Source: Gemmatimonadales bacterium (GTDB taxonomy: Bacteria > Gemmatimonadota > Gemmatimonadetes > Gemmatimonadales > GWC2-71-9). Taken from it: a DNA stretch of 64,000 nucleotides. A program made the position numbers and the translations under genes. Below are positions 18,702 through 27,915 of the stretch, in pieces. The stretch lies in contig JAXLXZ010000007.1 in the NCBI GenBank assembly GCA_046327735.1, positions 16,525 to 80,524 on the forward strand. Direction: 5' to 3'. The notes below the pieces were generated by a model, which was not told the origin of the DNA, searched no databases, and worked only from the letters and a program-made list of their open reading frames with translations. Positions within the stretch are counted from its first letter, which is position 1, and each line of letters starts with the position of its first letter.

Positions 18702-19289
18702 TCAGCGCGTCCGATGGATCTCGGCCGAAGTCACAGTGATGGCGCCGAGCGCCTGGTCCGCGGCGAACGTCCCGGTCACGGTGATCGCGAGGGTGTTGCC
18801 GGGATTCGCGAACAGGGCCCCGGTCGCCTGGAAGGTGAAGCTCCCCGCGAGACGGCTGCCGGAGCTGCTCGTCACCTTGAGGCTGCCGCCGCTCCCCACG
18901 AACATCGCGGTCAGCTGGTTCCCGTCCGAATCGGTCAGGAAGACCTCCACATCGCCATCGGCCGGAGCGCCGTTGGCGGCGTCGACAATCGGATAGGTGC
19001 CGGCGCCGAAGCCCTGGGCCCCGGTCCGGGCGAACCGGATCAACCCACCAGGGGCGGAGCCGGTCTCGCTCAGCTGGATCATGTGAAGAGTGTTGCCGTT
19101 GCCGTCGGTCCCGGACCCGAACGTTGCGGCGCCGCTGATCTGGGATTGCACATCACCGGTCACCTGGGCTTCGAAAGCCGCGCTCCCACCACCTGGACCA
19201 CCACCGGGCCCGGTGCCGTCGCTGCTCCCGCCGCATCCAGTCAGTACCAGGGCCACCGCCAGCATGCTCCAGCTCGTCGTCGATCGCAT
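18702..19289 (-). CDS. Hypothetical lipoprotein
   Basis: Signal peptide plus lipobox (LVLTGC) and a Gly/Ser-rich linker. No recognisable family. Confidence 0.6.
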   Translation of the reverse strand: MRSTTSWSMLAVALVLTGCGGSSDGTGPGGGPGGGSAAFEAQVTGDVQSQISGAATFGSGTDGNGNTLHMIQLSETGSAPGGLIRFARTGAQGFGAGTYPIVDAANGAPADGDVEVFLTDSDGNQLTAMFVGSGGSLKVTSSSGSRLAGSFTFQATGALFANPGNTLAITVTGTFAADQALGAITVTSAEIHRTR

Positions 19290-19646
19290 TGGGCTACCCT
19301 CCGTCGTGGGGTAAGAGAATCAGGCGACCTCGCCTGTCGGACGGTGGCAGCATAGGAACCGACCCTCACCCCGGGATGAGATCTCCATCTCGCCCCGATC
19401 ACCCCCCGGTGATCTCAAGTAATCATTTACCCCAGAAGCACTTGCAGTTCGGACGGGCGGGCGGGGCGGTAAGGCGGCTCCCCTCTGAGAATTGGCCCGC
19501 CGGTTGCCCGTATATCCCTGTAGGAACCGCGCTGCTCTCGCTGGCGTTCATGATCTCCGCGCTGTTCCTTGGCTGGGGTTTGCAGGGCAACCTTTTGGAA
19601 TACAAGCACTTACGCTGTGTTCCGCCGCGAAGGACGTCACGCAGAA

Positions 19647-20639
19647 ATGTCGCGCAACTGGTCGGTGAAGGTGAAGGCTGGACGGGGAACCAGCGCGCTG
19701 AAGGCGCTGGGTGTGTTGAGTCTGGGGGCGGTGATGTTGGCGGCGCACCACAGGGAACGGCACGCCAGCCTGACCCCCATGCCGGTGCCGGAAGTGCTTC
19801 CCGCCCCCATCCTCGACGGGGCCGGGGCCGCCAGCGCCTCGCACACGTCCTGGAGCGCGGCCCGGAACTACCGGCTGCTGCCCTTCGACCAGTGGGGCCG
19901 GTTTGCCGGGCTCGATTCGGCCCAGCAGGTGACGGTGCTCAAGCTCAACCGGATCGACCGCGACCACGCGAAGCGGAAGAACCTGGTGGTGCCCGATTCC
20001 ATCGCCGAGGAACTGACCTACGCGCCGCTCCCCGCCGAGGTGCGCGAGCTGCGCGACATCCCGAAGTTCATCGCCGTCTCCCGCCGGGTGCAGGCGTTCG
20101 GCGCGTACGAATATGGCAAGCTGGTGCGCTGGGGCCCGACCAGCACCGGGAAGCTCGCGACCCCGACCGACAGCGGGCTGTTCTTCACCAACTGGAAGTC
20201 GCGCACCGCGATCAGCACCGATGACCCGAAGTGGATCCTGAACTGGTACTTCAACATCATCGCCCTCAAGGGCGTGGCGTTCCACCAGTATGAGCTGCCC
20301 GGCCGGCCCGCGAGCCACGGCTGCGTCCGGCTCCTCGAGGACGATGCGCAGTGGATCTACGGCTGGGCCGAGCAGTGGGTCCCCGGCCGCGGGTCGAAGG
20401 TGAAGGAGTACGGCACGCCGGTCCTGATCTTCGGCGACTATGCCTATGGCCAGCCTGCCCCCTGGCTGGGCCTGGTGAACGGGAATGACGATGCGGTGGT
20501 GTCGGACGCGGAGCTCGGGGCAGCCCTCTCCCCGAACCTCACGGTGATTGCGGAACGTGCCGGACCGGAGAACCCGCGGGAGCGCTGGCAGGCGTTTCTC
20601 GCCCTGAACCAGGTGCAGGGGACTGCTTCGTCGAACTGA
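19647..20639 (+). CDS. L,D-transpeptidase (YkuD domain) family protein
   Basis: Catalytic motif ASHGCVRLLEDDAQWIY. Start taken at MSRNW (19647). Confidence 0.8.
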   Translation: MSRNWSVKVKAGRGTSALKALGVLSLGAVMLAAHHRERHASLTPMPVPEVLPAPILDGAGAASASHTSWSAARNYRLLPFDQWGRFAGLDSAQQVTVLKLNRIDRDHAKRKNLVVPDSIAEELTYAPLPAEVRELRDIPKFIAVSRRVQAFGAYEYGKLVRWGPTSTGKLATPTDSGLFFTNWKSRTAISTDDPKWILNWYFNIIALKGVAFHQYELPGRPASHGCVRLLEDDAQWIYGWAEQWVPGRGSKVKEYGTPVLIFGDYAYGQPAPWLGLVNGNDDAVVSDAELGAALSPNLTVIAERAGPENPRERWQAFLALNQVQGTASSN

Positions 20640-20641
20640 GT

Positions 20642-20781
20642 CAGGATTTGGGGATTGATGATGGATGAGGGGATTGGTCGTTCAGGAGTTCGGCAGGAAC
20701 GTGATTGGGGGATTGAAGCGTGGTTGGTCTCGCGACCACCCGTTCAATCCCCCAATCGCTTTTCAGAATCCCCTAATCCTG
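20642..20781. repeat. Nested hairpin element built from GGGGATT/CAGGATT heptamers (family B)
   Basis: Outer arm CAGGATTTGGGGATTG (20642-20657) pairs with CAGAATCCCCTAATCCTG (20764-20781). The inner stem is a perfect 15 bp, GATTGGGGGATTGAA (20703-20717) with TTCAATCCCCCAATC (20743-20757). Confidence 0.8.
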
Positions 20782-21036
20782 CTCCGTACCTCCCTCGCCC
20801 TCACGAGGTGCCTGCTCGGGAGCCGATGCCCGCATCGCAGCGCGGAGCAGGTCGAACTCCTTCTTGCTCTCGGGGTCGGCCAGGATCTGGTTGAGGATCT
20901 CCCGGCGGCGCTCCTCCGTGCCGGTGTGCTCCAGCACCTCGAGCATCGCCTCGAGTGGCACCACGGCGCCGTCCCTGAGCAAGGCGTGCACCGCCGTGTG
21001 CCTCGTGAACAGCGCACGGAGCCGGTCCTCGTTCAT
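20773..21036 (-). CDS. Hypothetical protein; ligand-less paralog of the adjacent anti-sigma factor
   Basis: MNEDRLRALFTR...LEAML...ILNQILADPESKKEFDLLRAA aligns with MSDERLRLSYDR...VEAMM...LLDHIMACPFCQAEFALLKTA of the upstream gene. Confidence 0.55.
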   Translation of the reverse strand: MNEDRLRALFTRHTAVHALLRDGAVVPLEAMLEVLEHTGTEERRREILNQILADPESKKEFDLLRAAMRASAPEQAPREGEGGTEQD

Positions 21037-21043
21037 GGACGGA

Positions 21044-21274
21044 TCATTCCGGCGGCTGGGCGGTGCCGGCGGTCTTGAGGAGGGCGAACTCGGCCTGGCA
21101 GAAGGGGCAGGCCATGATGTGATCGAGCAGGCCGAGGCGGGTGTCCTCCTCGCCTTCGCGGCGGATCAGGGTCATCATCGCCTCCACGTCGGGGCAGCCG
21201 TCGCGGTTGCCCGCCATGGCCGCCCGCACGCCCATCATCCGGTCGTAGCTCAGCCTGAGCCGCTCGTCGCTCAT
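21044..21274 (-). CDS. Short soluble zinc-finger (ZAS) anti-sigma factor
   Basis: ATGA overlap with the sigma stop. 77 aa with C27 plus H52-x3-C56-x2-C59. No TM segment. Confidence 0.7.
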   Translation of the reverse strand: MSDERLRLSYDRMMGVRAAMAGNRDGCPDVEAMMTLIRREGEEDTRLGLLDHIMACPFCQAEFALLKTAGTAQPPE

Positions 21275-21822
21275 CCCAGCGCCTCCGGTCCGATGCCCAT
21301 CGCCGTCAGCTTCTCGCGCAGGTCGGCGAGGCCGCGGTAGAGCAGGTTGCGGGTCTTGGGCTCGCTCCATCCCAGCAGGTCGGCGATCTCCTCCCGGCTG
21401 TACCCGGTGAGATACATCCGCACCACCGAGCGGCGCGCGGGGATCAGCGATTCCACCGCCTTGCCCACCTGTTCCTGGAGCTCCAGCTCCTCCAGCATCC
21501 GGTCGGCACTGGCGGATTCCCCCAGCATGGCGAGCCCGCTCGGCCGGCTCAGCCTGGCCGGCGTCTCGCGCCGGGCCCGCCGGCGCCGGAGCAGGTCCAG
21601 CGCCGCCGAGACCGCGGTGCGATGGATATAAGACGCAGGAGCCGCGAGGATCTTCTCGCCGCTCTCGAGCGCCTTCCAGAGCCGGAGCCGCACCTCCTGC
21701 ACCAGGTCCTCGACGTCGGACCCCGCAAGACCGTGCTGGACGCCGATGTAGCGGACCCGCTCGGCGAATTTGGCGACCATCGCCTCGAGCGCGGGAGAGA
21801 CTTTGTCGGAGGGTCGGGACAT
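21271..21822 (-). CDS. ECF-type RNA polymerase sigma factor
   Basis: Region 2 (DVEDLVQEVRLRLWKAL) and region 4 (VVRMYLTGYSREEIADLLGWSEPKTRNLLYRGL). Confidence 0.9.
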   Translation of the reverse strand: MSRPSDKVSPALEAMVAKFAERVRYIGVQHGLAGSDVEDLVQEVRLRLWKALESGEKILAAPASYIHRTAVSAALDLLRRRRARRETPARLSRPSGLAMLGESASADRMLEELELQEQVGKAVESLIPARRSVVRMYLTGYSREEIADLLGWSEPKTRNLLYRGLADLREKLTAMGIGPEALG

Positions 21823-22032
21823 GCGCCCAAGGTAGTGAAAATCCGGGTGGCTCGAAAGACGCCCACGCTGGTGAGCAGCCCGGGCTCCCAGCCTGCCCCG
21901 GGGCGTCCGCCATGAAGGAGATCCGCTGGGAACGCCGCCCGCTCCGGTGCGTCACTCTCATGCACACCCCTTGTGCGGGTGTGGGCCGGACATCGGGGCC
22001 AACGGGCATCTTCTCGAAGGATCGGAGGGTCT

Positions 22033-22179
22033 ATGTGTCGACGGATCGCACTGCGTCACTGGGTTCTGCTGCTGGGCCTGCTCGCGGGAAGCGTGCTCGC
22101 CTCGGCCTGCGACGAGAGCAAGGAAGGCCCCACCGGGACCGACTACTGCGTCCCCGGTAGCCCCGGGTGCCCGCAGTAA
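22033..22179 (+). CDS. Candidate small lipoprotein (48 aa)
   Basis: GGAGGG lies upstream of the ATG at 22033. MCRRIALRHWVLLLGLLAGSVLASAC has a signal peptide and lipobox. Short, with no family assignment. Confidence 0.4.
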   Translation: MCRRIALRHWVLLLGLLAGSVLASACDESKEGPTGTDYCVPGSPGCPQ

Positions 22180-22285
22180 CACCGACGCCCGGCGGCGGCT
22201 TTCACGGGCGCTTCAGACCGACTTCACCGCCCGACCGGGATCTTGCTCCCGCGTGGGATTCCCCCCGCGCGGGAGCGAGCGCGTC

Positions 22286-22819
22286 ATGGCCTATCTCTGG
22301 TGGAAAGCGGTCCACATCATCGGGGTGGTGAGCTGGTTCGCGGGGTTGTTCTACCTTGTCCGGCTCTTCATTTACCACGCCGAGGCCCACGAGACCCCGG
22401 GCCCCGCCCGTGACGTGCTGATGCCGCAGTACTCGCTGATGGAGCGGCGGCTCTACTACATGATCACCTATCCGGCGATGGTGATCACCGTCGTCACCGC
22501 CGTCGCGCTGCTGATCCTCCAGCCGGGGTGGCTGTCGGAGCGGTGGATGTGGGTGAAGCTGGCGGTGGTGGGGTTCCTGGTGGCCTACCACTTCTGGTGC
22601 GAGATCACCCTCAAGCGGATGGCCCGGGGAGACATCCGCTGGACCGGCCAGCAGCTCCGGTGGGCCAACGAGGTGCCGACCCTGCTGCTGATCCTGGGCG
22701 TGTCGCTCGCCGTGCTCAAGGGCATGACCCCGCTGGGGACCCTCGTGCTGGTGATCGTGGGGATCAGCGCGCTGTTCGGGGTGAGCATCCGGCTGTACGC
22801 CAGGCTCCGGACGAACTGA
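22286..22819 (+). CDS. hemJ: HemJ-type protoporphyrinogen IX oxidase (UPF0093 / CopD-like membrane protein)
   Basis: MAYLWWKAVHIIGVVSWFAGLFYLVRLFIYH and later WMWVKLAVVGFLVAYH are typical of HemJ. Confidence 0.8.
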   Translation: MAYLWWKAVHIIGVVSWFAGLFYLVRLFIYHAEAHETPGPARDVLMPQYSLMERRLYYMITYPAMVITVVTAVALLILQPGWLSERWMWVKLAVVGFLVAYHFWCEITLKRMARGDIRWTGQQLRWANEVPTLLLILGVSLAVLKGMTPLGTLVLVIVGISALFGVSIRLYARLRTN

Positions 22820-22833
22820 TATCCCGCACAGGA

Positions 22834-22869
22834 AAAACCGCAGGGGCGCTTCCGCGCCCCTGCGGTTTT
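22834..22869. terminator. Bidirectional intrinsic terminator between convergent hemJ and S9 peptidase genes
   Basis: AAAACCGCAGGGGCGC-ttcc-GCGCCCCTGCGGTTTT. A perfect 16-bp stem flanked by A and T runs. Confidence 0.8.
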
Positions 22870-22886
22870 ACGCACTCACGGGGGAA

Positions 22887-25226
22887 CTACGGCACCAGCG
22901 GCCGGGGGCGCCCGATCTGGTACTCCTTCGGCGGGACGTTCCCCTGCAGGTTGCTGATGAAGTAGTCCCACCGCCGCCGCATGATGTACGCCGCGTCCTT
23001 CCCGTATCCGTGCCGTGCATCCGGCAGCATGATCTGGTCGAAGTCCTTCCCCGCCCGCATCAGCGCGTTCACCACCAGCTGGGTGTTGTACGGCGGCACG
23101 TTGTCATCCATCATGCCGTGAATCAGGAAGAGCTTCCCCTTGAGCTTCGCCGCCCGTGACTGGTTGGCGGCGCTGTTGTACCCGGCGCTGTCCTGCGCAG
23201 TGACCATCGGGCCCTGGTAGCGCTCGCCCCAGTCGTCCTCGTAGACCCGGTTGTCGTGATTGCCGCTCTCCGAGATCCCGACCTTGAAGAAATCGGGGAA
23301 GTCGAACATCGCCGAGGCGGTGGCGAACCCGCCCCCCGAGTGGCCCCAGATCCCCACCTTGTCGATGTCGATGAACCCGTATCGCCTGCCCAGCTCCTTC
23401 AATCCCGCGACCTGGTCGGGGATGGTGTTGTCACCCATGTTGCCGTAGTAGAAATCGTGGAACGCCTTCGAGCGCCACGGCGTCCCCATCCCGTCCAGCT
23501 CCACCACGATGAAGCCCAGCTCCGCCAGCGACTGGTTGTCGCCCCGGGCGGGGATGAACGACCGCGGCCCCACGCTCCCCGCCTGCGGGCCCGGGTAGAT
23601 GTGGTCGATCACCGGGTACTTCTTCGTCGAGTCGAGCTTGCTCGGCACGTACATCAGCCCGTAGAGATCGGTCTTCCCGTCCCGCGCCTTCACCGTCACC
23701 GGGATCGGCGCCCGCCACCCCGAGGTCAGGAGCCGGCCGATGTCGGCCTTCTCCAGCGGCTGGAGGATCTTCCCCGCGGCGTTCCGCAGCACTGTCACCG
23801 GCGGGGTATCCGGGGTCGACCAGGTGTCGACGAAGTACTTCCCGTCGGGCGAGACCGACACCGCGTGGTTGCCGTTGTCCGGCGTCAGCAGCGTGAGGCC
23901 CTTCCCGTCGAACCCGACCCGGTAGAGATAGTTGAAGTAGGGATCGCTCTTCGGCTCCCGGCCCACCGCGGTGAACCAGATCTGCCGCGCCTTCTCGTCG
24001 ACCTTGACCAGCCGGGAGACGTTCCCGTCGCCGGTGGTGATCCGGTTCTTGAGCGCCCCGGTCCGCAGGTCGTACAGGTAGAGCTGGATCCAGTTGTCCC
24101 GCTCCGACCACCAGATCAGCTCGTTCGTGGCCGGCAGCACCTTCCAGAGATTCTCGGTCAGCGACGCGTCGCCGATCTGGGTCTTGCTCTCCTCGTGGAG
24201 CACCTCCCGCACCTCGCCGGTCACCGCATCGGCCACCCGGAACCACACCTGCCGGTGGTCGCGCGAGCTGGAGATGAACGCGACGTGCGAGCCGTCGGGA
24301 TACCACTGGAGGTCGCAGACGTTGCCGTCGTCGCAGGCGATGTGGTCGCTCACGGTCGAGCGGTGCGCGTCGGGGGCCATCTTGAGCCGCACCACCTCGG
24401 GCGTGCCGCCGCCGAGGTTGATCACTACCCGCTGCACCGAGAAGACCACGCTGTCCCCCGGGAGGGGATACTTCCACTGCTCCAGCCGCGGATGGCCCGG
24501 CTCGGTCCCGCCCAGCACCATGTCGCGCACCCCGCGCCCGTCATGCTGGAAGGTGGCGATGTGCTTGCTGTCGTCCGACCAGGTGAGCACCGGGCTGTCG
24601 CTGTGCACCCAGCCGGCGTTGTTGGTCGCGTACCCGAAGTCCTTGACCCCGTCGGTGGTGAGCTGGGTCTCGGTCCCGGTCCGGAGGTCCTTCGCCCAGA
24701 GGTTGTAGTCCTTGATGTAGGCCACCGTGCTGCTGTCGGGCGAGAGGCTCGCGTCCCGCGGAATCACCGGCGCCGGCTTCCCCGCCGTGCACCCTTTCCC
24801 CGCCAGGTCGCAGGTCCAGGGCTTCCCCCGCACCGAGACGCTGATCGCGGTGCCGCCATTGGCGAACGCGAATCCGCCGAAGGGGAGGCTGTCCGCCTTG
24901 TAGCTGCCCCCCGCCGCGGAGGAGAGCGCCGCCGCCAGCTTCGCCTTGTCGAAGGCCGAGACCCGGGCGGGCTTGGCGGGGTTCACCAGGATGTAATCCC
25001 ACCCGCTCGCCGTGGTGGCGCGGTACCAGAATCGCCCGTCCGGCAGCCACGTCGCCTGGCCCGCCGTGCCGCTCACCAGCGGGAAGGTGCTCGGCGCGAG
25101 CATCCGCTCCGCCCGGGCATAGTCCTCGATGGTGAACTGGTAGGGCTTGGGGGCGCCGTTCTGCGCCTGGAGCGCCGGGGGAAGTGCCGCGACCAGCAGG
25201 ACAAGACCAACGGAGCGAAAGCGCAT
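22887..25226 (-). CDS. S9-family serine peptidase, dipeptidyl-peptidase IV-like
   Basis: Signal peptide (MRFRSVGLVLLVAALPPALQAQ), DPP-IV N-terminal propeller, nucleophile elbow GIWGHSGGG, and C-terminal D...H. Confidence 0.9.
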   Translation of the reverse strand: MRFRSVGLVLLVAALPPALQAQNGAPKPYQFTIEDYARAERMLAPSTFPLVSGTAGQATWLPDGRFWYRATTASGWDYILVNPAKPARVSAFDKAKLAAALSSAAGGSYKADSLPFGGFAFANGGTAISVSVRGKPWTCDLAGKGCTAGKPAPVIPRDASLSPDSSTVAYIKDYNLWAKDLRTGTETQLTTDGVKDFGYATNNAGWVHSDSPVLTWSDDSKHIATFQHDGRGVRDMVLGGTEPGHPRLEQWKYPLPGDSVVFSVQRVVINLGGGTPEVVRLKMAPDAHRSTVSDHIACDDGNVCDLQWYPDGSHVAFISSSRDHRQVWFRVADAVTGEVREVLHEESKTQIGDASLTENLWKVLPATNELIWWSERDNWIQLYLYDLRTGALKNRITTGDGNVSRLVKVDEKARQIWFTAVGREPKSDPYFNYLYRVGFDGKGLTLLTPDNGNHAVSVSPDGKYFVDTWSTPDTPPVTVLRNAAGKILQPLEKADIGRLLTSGWRAPIPVTVKARDGKTDLYGLMYVPSKLDSTKKYPVIDHIYPGPQAGSVGPRSFIPARGDNQSLAELGFIVVELDGMGTPWRSKAFHDFYYGNMGDNTIPDQVAGLKELGRRYGFIDIDKVGIWGHSGGGFATASAMFDFPDFFKVGISESGNHDNRVYEDDWGERYQGPMVTAQDSAGYNSAANQSRAAKLKGKLFLIHGMMDDNVPPYNTQLVVNALMRAGKDFDQIMLPDARHGYGKDAAYIMRRRWDYFISNLQGNVPPKEYQIGRPRPLVP

Positions 25227-25327
25227 GGCGATTGGCGTGGAGGAGTGGGACTGGGTTGGCCCGGGAACGGGCTGGAAGCTAGCAGCCGGAACGCGCCCCC
25301 GTAGCCCCCGGGATGTTGCAGACGGCA

Positions 25328-26401
25328 TCAGCGGCGATAGGGGAGCGCGAGGACGCTGTCCCAGACGGCCAGCGCCGCCTTGGGATTCAGGAGGGTGTCG
25401 ACCAGCCCCAGCCGGGAGAAGGGACCCAGGTTGGGCGCCAGATTTTCGACCAGGTCGGTGAAGGTGATCTGGTGCAGGGCCACGCCCCGTGCCGCTGTCA
25501 GGAGCTCGGCCTGCCGGGCGATGTAGCGGGCCTGGACCGCCGGGGAACTACCATAGCCATCCGAGGGCCAGCCTCCCTCGAGCACCACCGGCCGGAGGCC
25601 GGTGCCGCCGGTCAGGCGGGAGTAGTAATCGAGGGGAATGGCCTCCGGCGTGGCGAACCCGCCGAGATACGGGTACGACGACAACCCGATCGCGGTCATG
25701 AAAGGGAAGTCGGTCAGGTCGGTGGCGATCCCGAGGAAGGGGCCGTTGAGGAGCTTTCCCCACGCCGTCTCCACCTGCACGCTGATCATCAGCGGCGTGG
25801 TGCTGCCATGCGCCTTCCGCTCGGCGGCCGCGGCGTTGGTCATCTGGACCACCGCCTGATAGACCGGCGCCGGCGCGAGTGCCCGGATCAGGTTGGTTTC
25901 CGCGGCGAGGCTGAGATAGTCGGGGTGCAGGATCGAGTCGACCGCCGCGACATACTCGCGGTAGCGACGCTGCACCGCGGTGTCGGTGATGCTCCGGCCC
26001 GCATCGACCAGCGGCTGGGCCTCGGCCGCGCGGTTGAGGCCGTTGGTGACATCGAGCGCGACCGTGACGAGGCGATGAGTGGCGCGATAGTACTGCACCA
26101 GCGGCAGGCGCACGACCCGGACCTCGGTTGCCGCGGCGGTATCGGCGAGCAGCACCGTCCAGGGAATCTCGAGCTGCACCAGCCCGGCATCGGAGTGCTG
26201 CGCCGTGAGGGTGAGGACCGGGACGATCAGCGAGGTATCGACCGCCGGCGGGATCGGGGAGAAGCCCATGTGAAAGGACCGGCTCGCCCCCGAGCCGTCG
26301 TCTCCACCGCACGCGACGCCGCCAACGACAAGCATCGTCAGAACTGCTTTCCGCAGATTACGCAGATTAGAAAGATTTCGATCGCGGACTGGATGGGTCA
26401 T
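25328..26401 (-). CDS. Hypothetical lipoprotein (possible TIM-barrel glycosidase-like fold)
   Basis: RKAVLTMLVVGGVAC lipoprotein signal. The start is uncertain (26401, 26335 or 26473) because a long hairpin spans 26347-26464. Confidence 0.55.
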   Translation of the reverse strand: MTHPVRDRNLSNLRNLRKAVLTMLVVGGVACGGDDGSGASRSFHMGFSPIPPAVDTSLIVPVLTLTAQHSDAGLVQLEIPWTVLLADTAAATEVRVVRLPLVQYYRATHRLVTVALDVTNGLNRAAEAQPLVDAGRSITDTAVQRRYREYVAAVDSILHPDYLSLAAETNLIRALAPAPVYQAVVQMTNAAAAERKAHGSTTPLMISVQVETAWGKLLNGPFLGIATDLTDFPFMTAIGLSSYPYLGGFATPEAIPLDYYSRLTGGTGLRPVVLEGGWPSDGYGSSPAVQARYIARQAELLTAARGVALHQITFTDLVENLAPNLGPFSRLGLVDTLLNPKAALAVWDSVLALPYRR

Positions 26402-26464
26402 TCGCTGCGAGCCCTGATCCCTCTGGGACCGTAATCCCCTGCAATCTGCGTAACCTGCGGAAAG
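26347..26464. repeat. Long hairpin built from GCAGATTAC repeats
   Basis: CTTTCCGCAGATTACGCAGATT (26347-26368) pairs with AATCTGCGTAACCTGCGGAAAG (26443-26464), 21 of 22 complementary. Confidence 0.75.
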
Positions 26465-26469
26465 CTGTT

Positions 26470-27207
26470 TCAACGGTTACCCCCGCGCTCGAGTTCAGGC
26501 AGCAGCACCCGCCACACATTCGCGGCGACAATTCTCGCCCCGGCCTCGGTCGGATGAATCCCGTCCTGCTGATTGAGCGAGTCCACTCCCCCCACATCCT
26601 GTAACAGGAACGGCACCAGCGGCAGGCTGTTCTGCCGGGCGAGCGCCGGATACACCTGGTGGAACCGGCGAGTGTACTCGGCCCCGAGGTTCGGCAGGGC
26701 CTCCATTCCCGTCAGGATCACGCGGGTCGACGGCGACGCCTTCCGCACCTGGTCGATGATCGCCTGGATGTTGGCCTTGAGGGAATCGGGGTCCTGCCCC
26801 CGCAGCCCGTCGTTGGCGCCGGTTTCGATGACGAGGATTGCCGGCGGCTGCCGGAGGATCCAGTCCAGCCGCCGGACCGCCCCGGCCGAGCTTTCGCCGC
26901 TCACCCCGGCGTTGACCACGCTGTAGTCGAGGCCGGCCGAGTCGATCTTCCGCTGGATCACCGCGGGGTAGGCGTCGTCGGGATCGAGGCCGAGCCCCGC
27001 CGTCAGGCTGGTGCCGAGGAAGACGATGGTCGGCGCATTGGCGGAGTGCCGCACCGCGGGCGTGGCCGGCCGCTCGGCACGCTCCGCCGAGGGCCCCGGG
27101 CCGTCCGGCGGACCGCGCCGGGACTCGGGGCGCCTCTCCCCGCCGCCGCCGCACCCGGCCAGCAGCGCCACCAAGGCCCCCGCTATGATTCTACCCGTCC
27201 ACGCCAT
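26470..27207 (-). CDS. SGNH/GDSL arylesterase-lysophospholipase (TesA-like) lipoprotein
   Basis: Block I FLGTSLTAG, GANDGL, and DGIHPT (catalytic D-x-x-H). Lipobox LLAGC. Confidence 0.85.
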   Translation of the reverse strand: MAWTGRIIAGALVALLAGCGGGGERRPESRRGPPDGPGPSAERAERPATPAVRHSANAPTIVFLGTSLTAGLGLDPDDAYPAVIQRKIDSAGLDYSVVNAGVSGESSAGAVRRLDWILRQPPAILVIETGANDGLRGQDPDSLKANIQAIIDQVRKASPSTRVILTGMEALPNLGAEYTRRFHQVYPALARQNSLPLVPFLLQDVGGVDSLNQQDGIHPTEAGARIVAANVWRVLLPELERGGNR

Positions 27208-27234
27208 GATCCCACTCACCGGTTTCTTCGGTCC

Positions 27235-27911
<677 letters not shown>

Positions 27912-27915
<4 letters not shown>

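Noticed and set aside
19290-19646. 357-nt gap upstream of the L,D-transpeptidase gene examined for a tRNA or other known RNA.
   Set aside because: Only a 7-bp hairpin (GATCACC-N4-GGTGATC) and a repeated AAGCACTT word were seen. There is no cloverleaf or recognisable RNA family.
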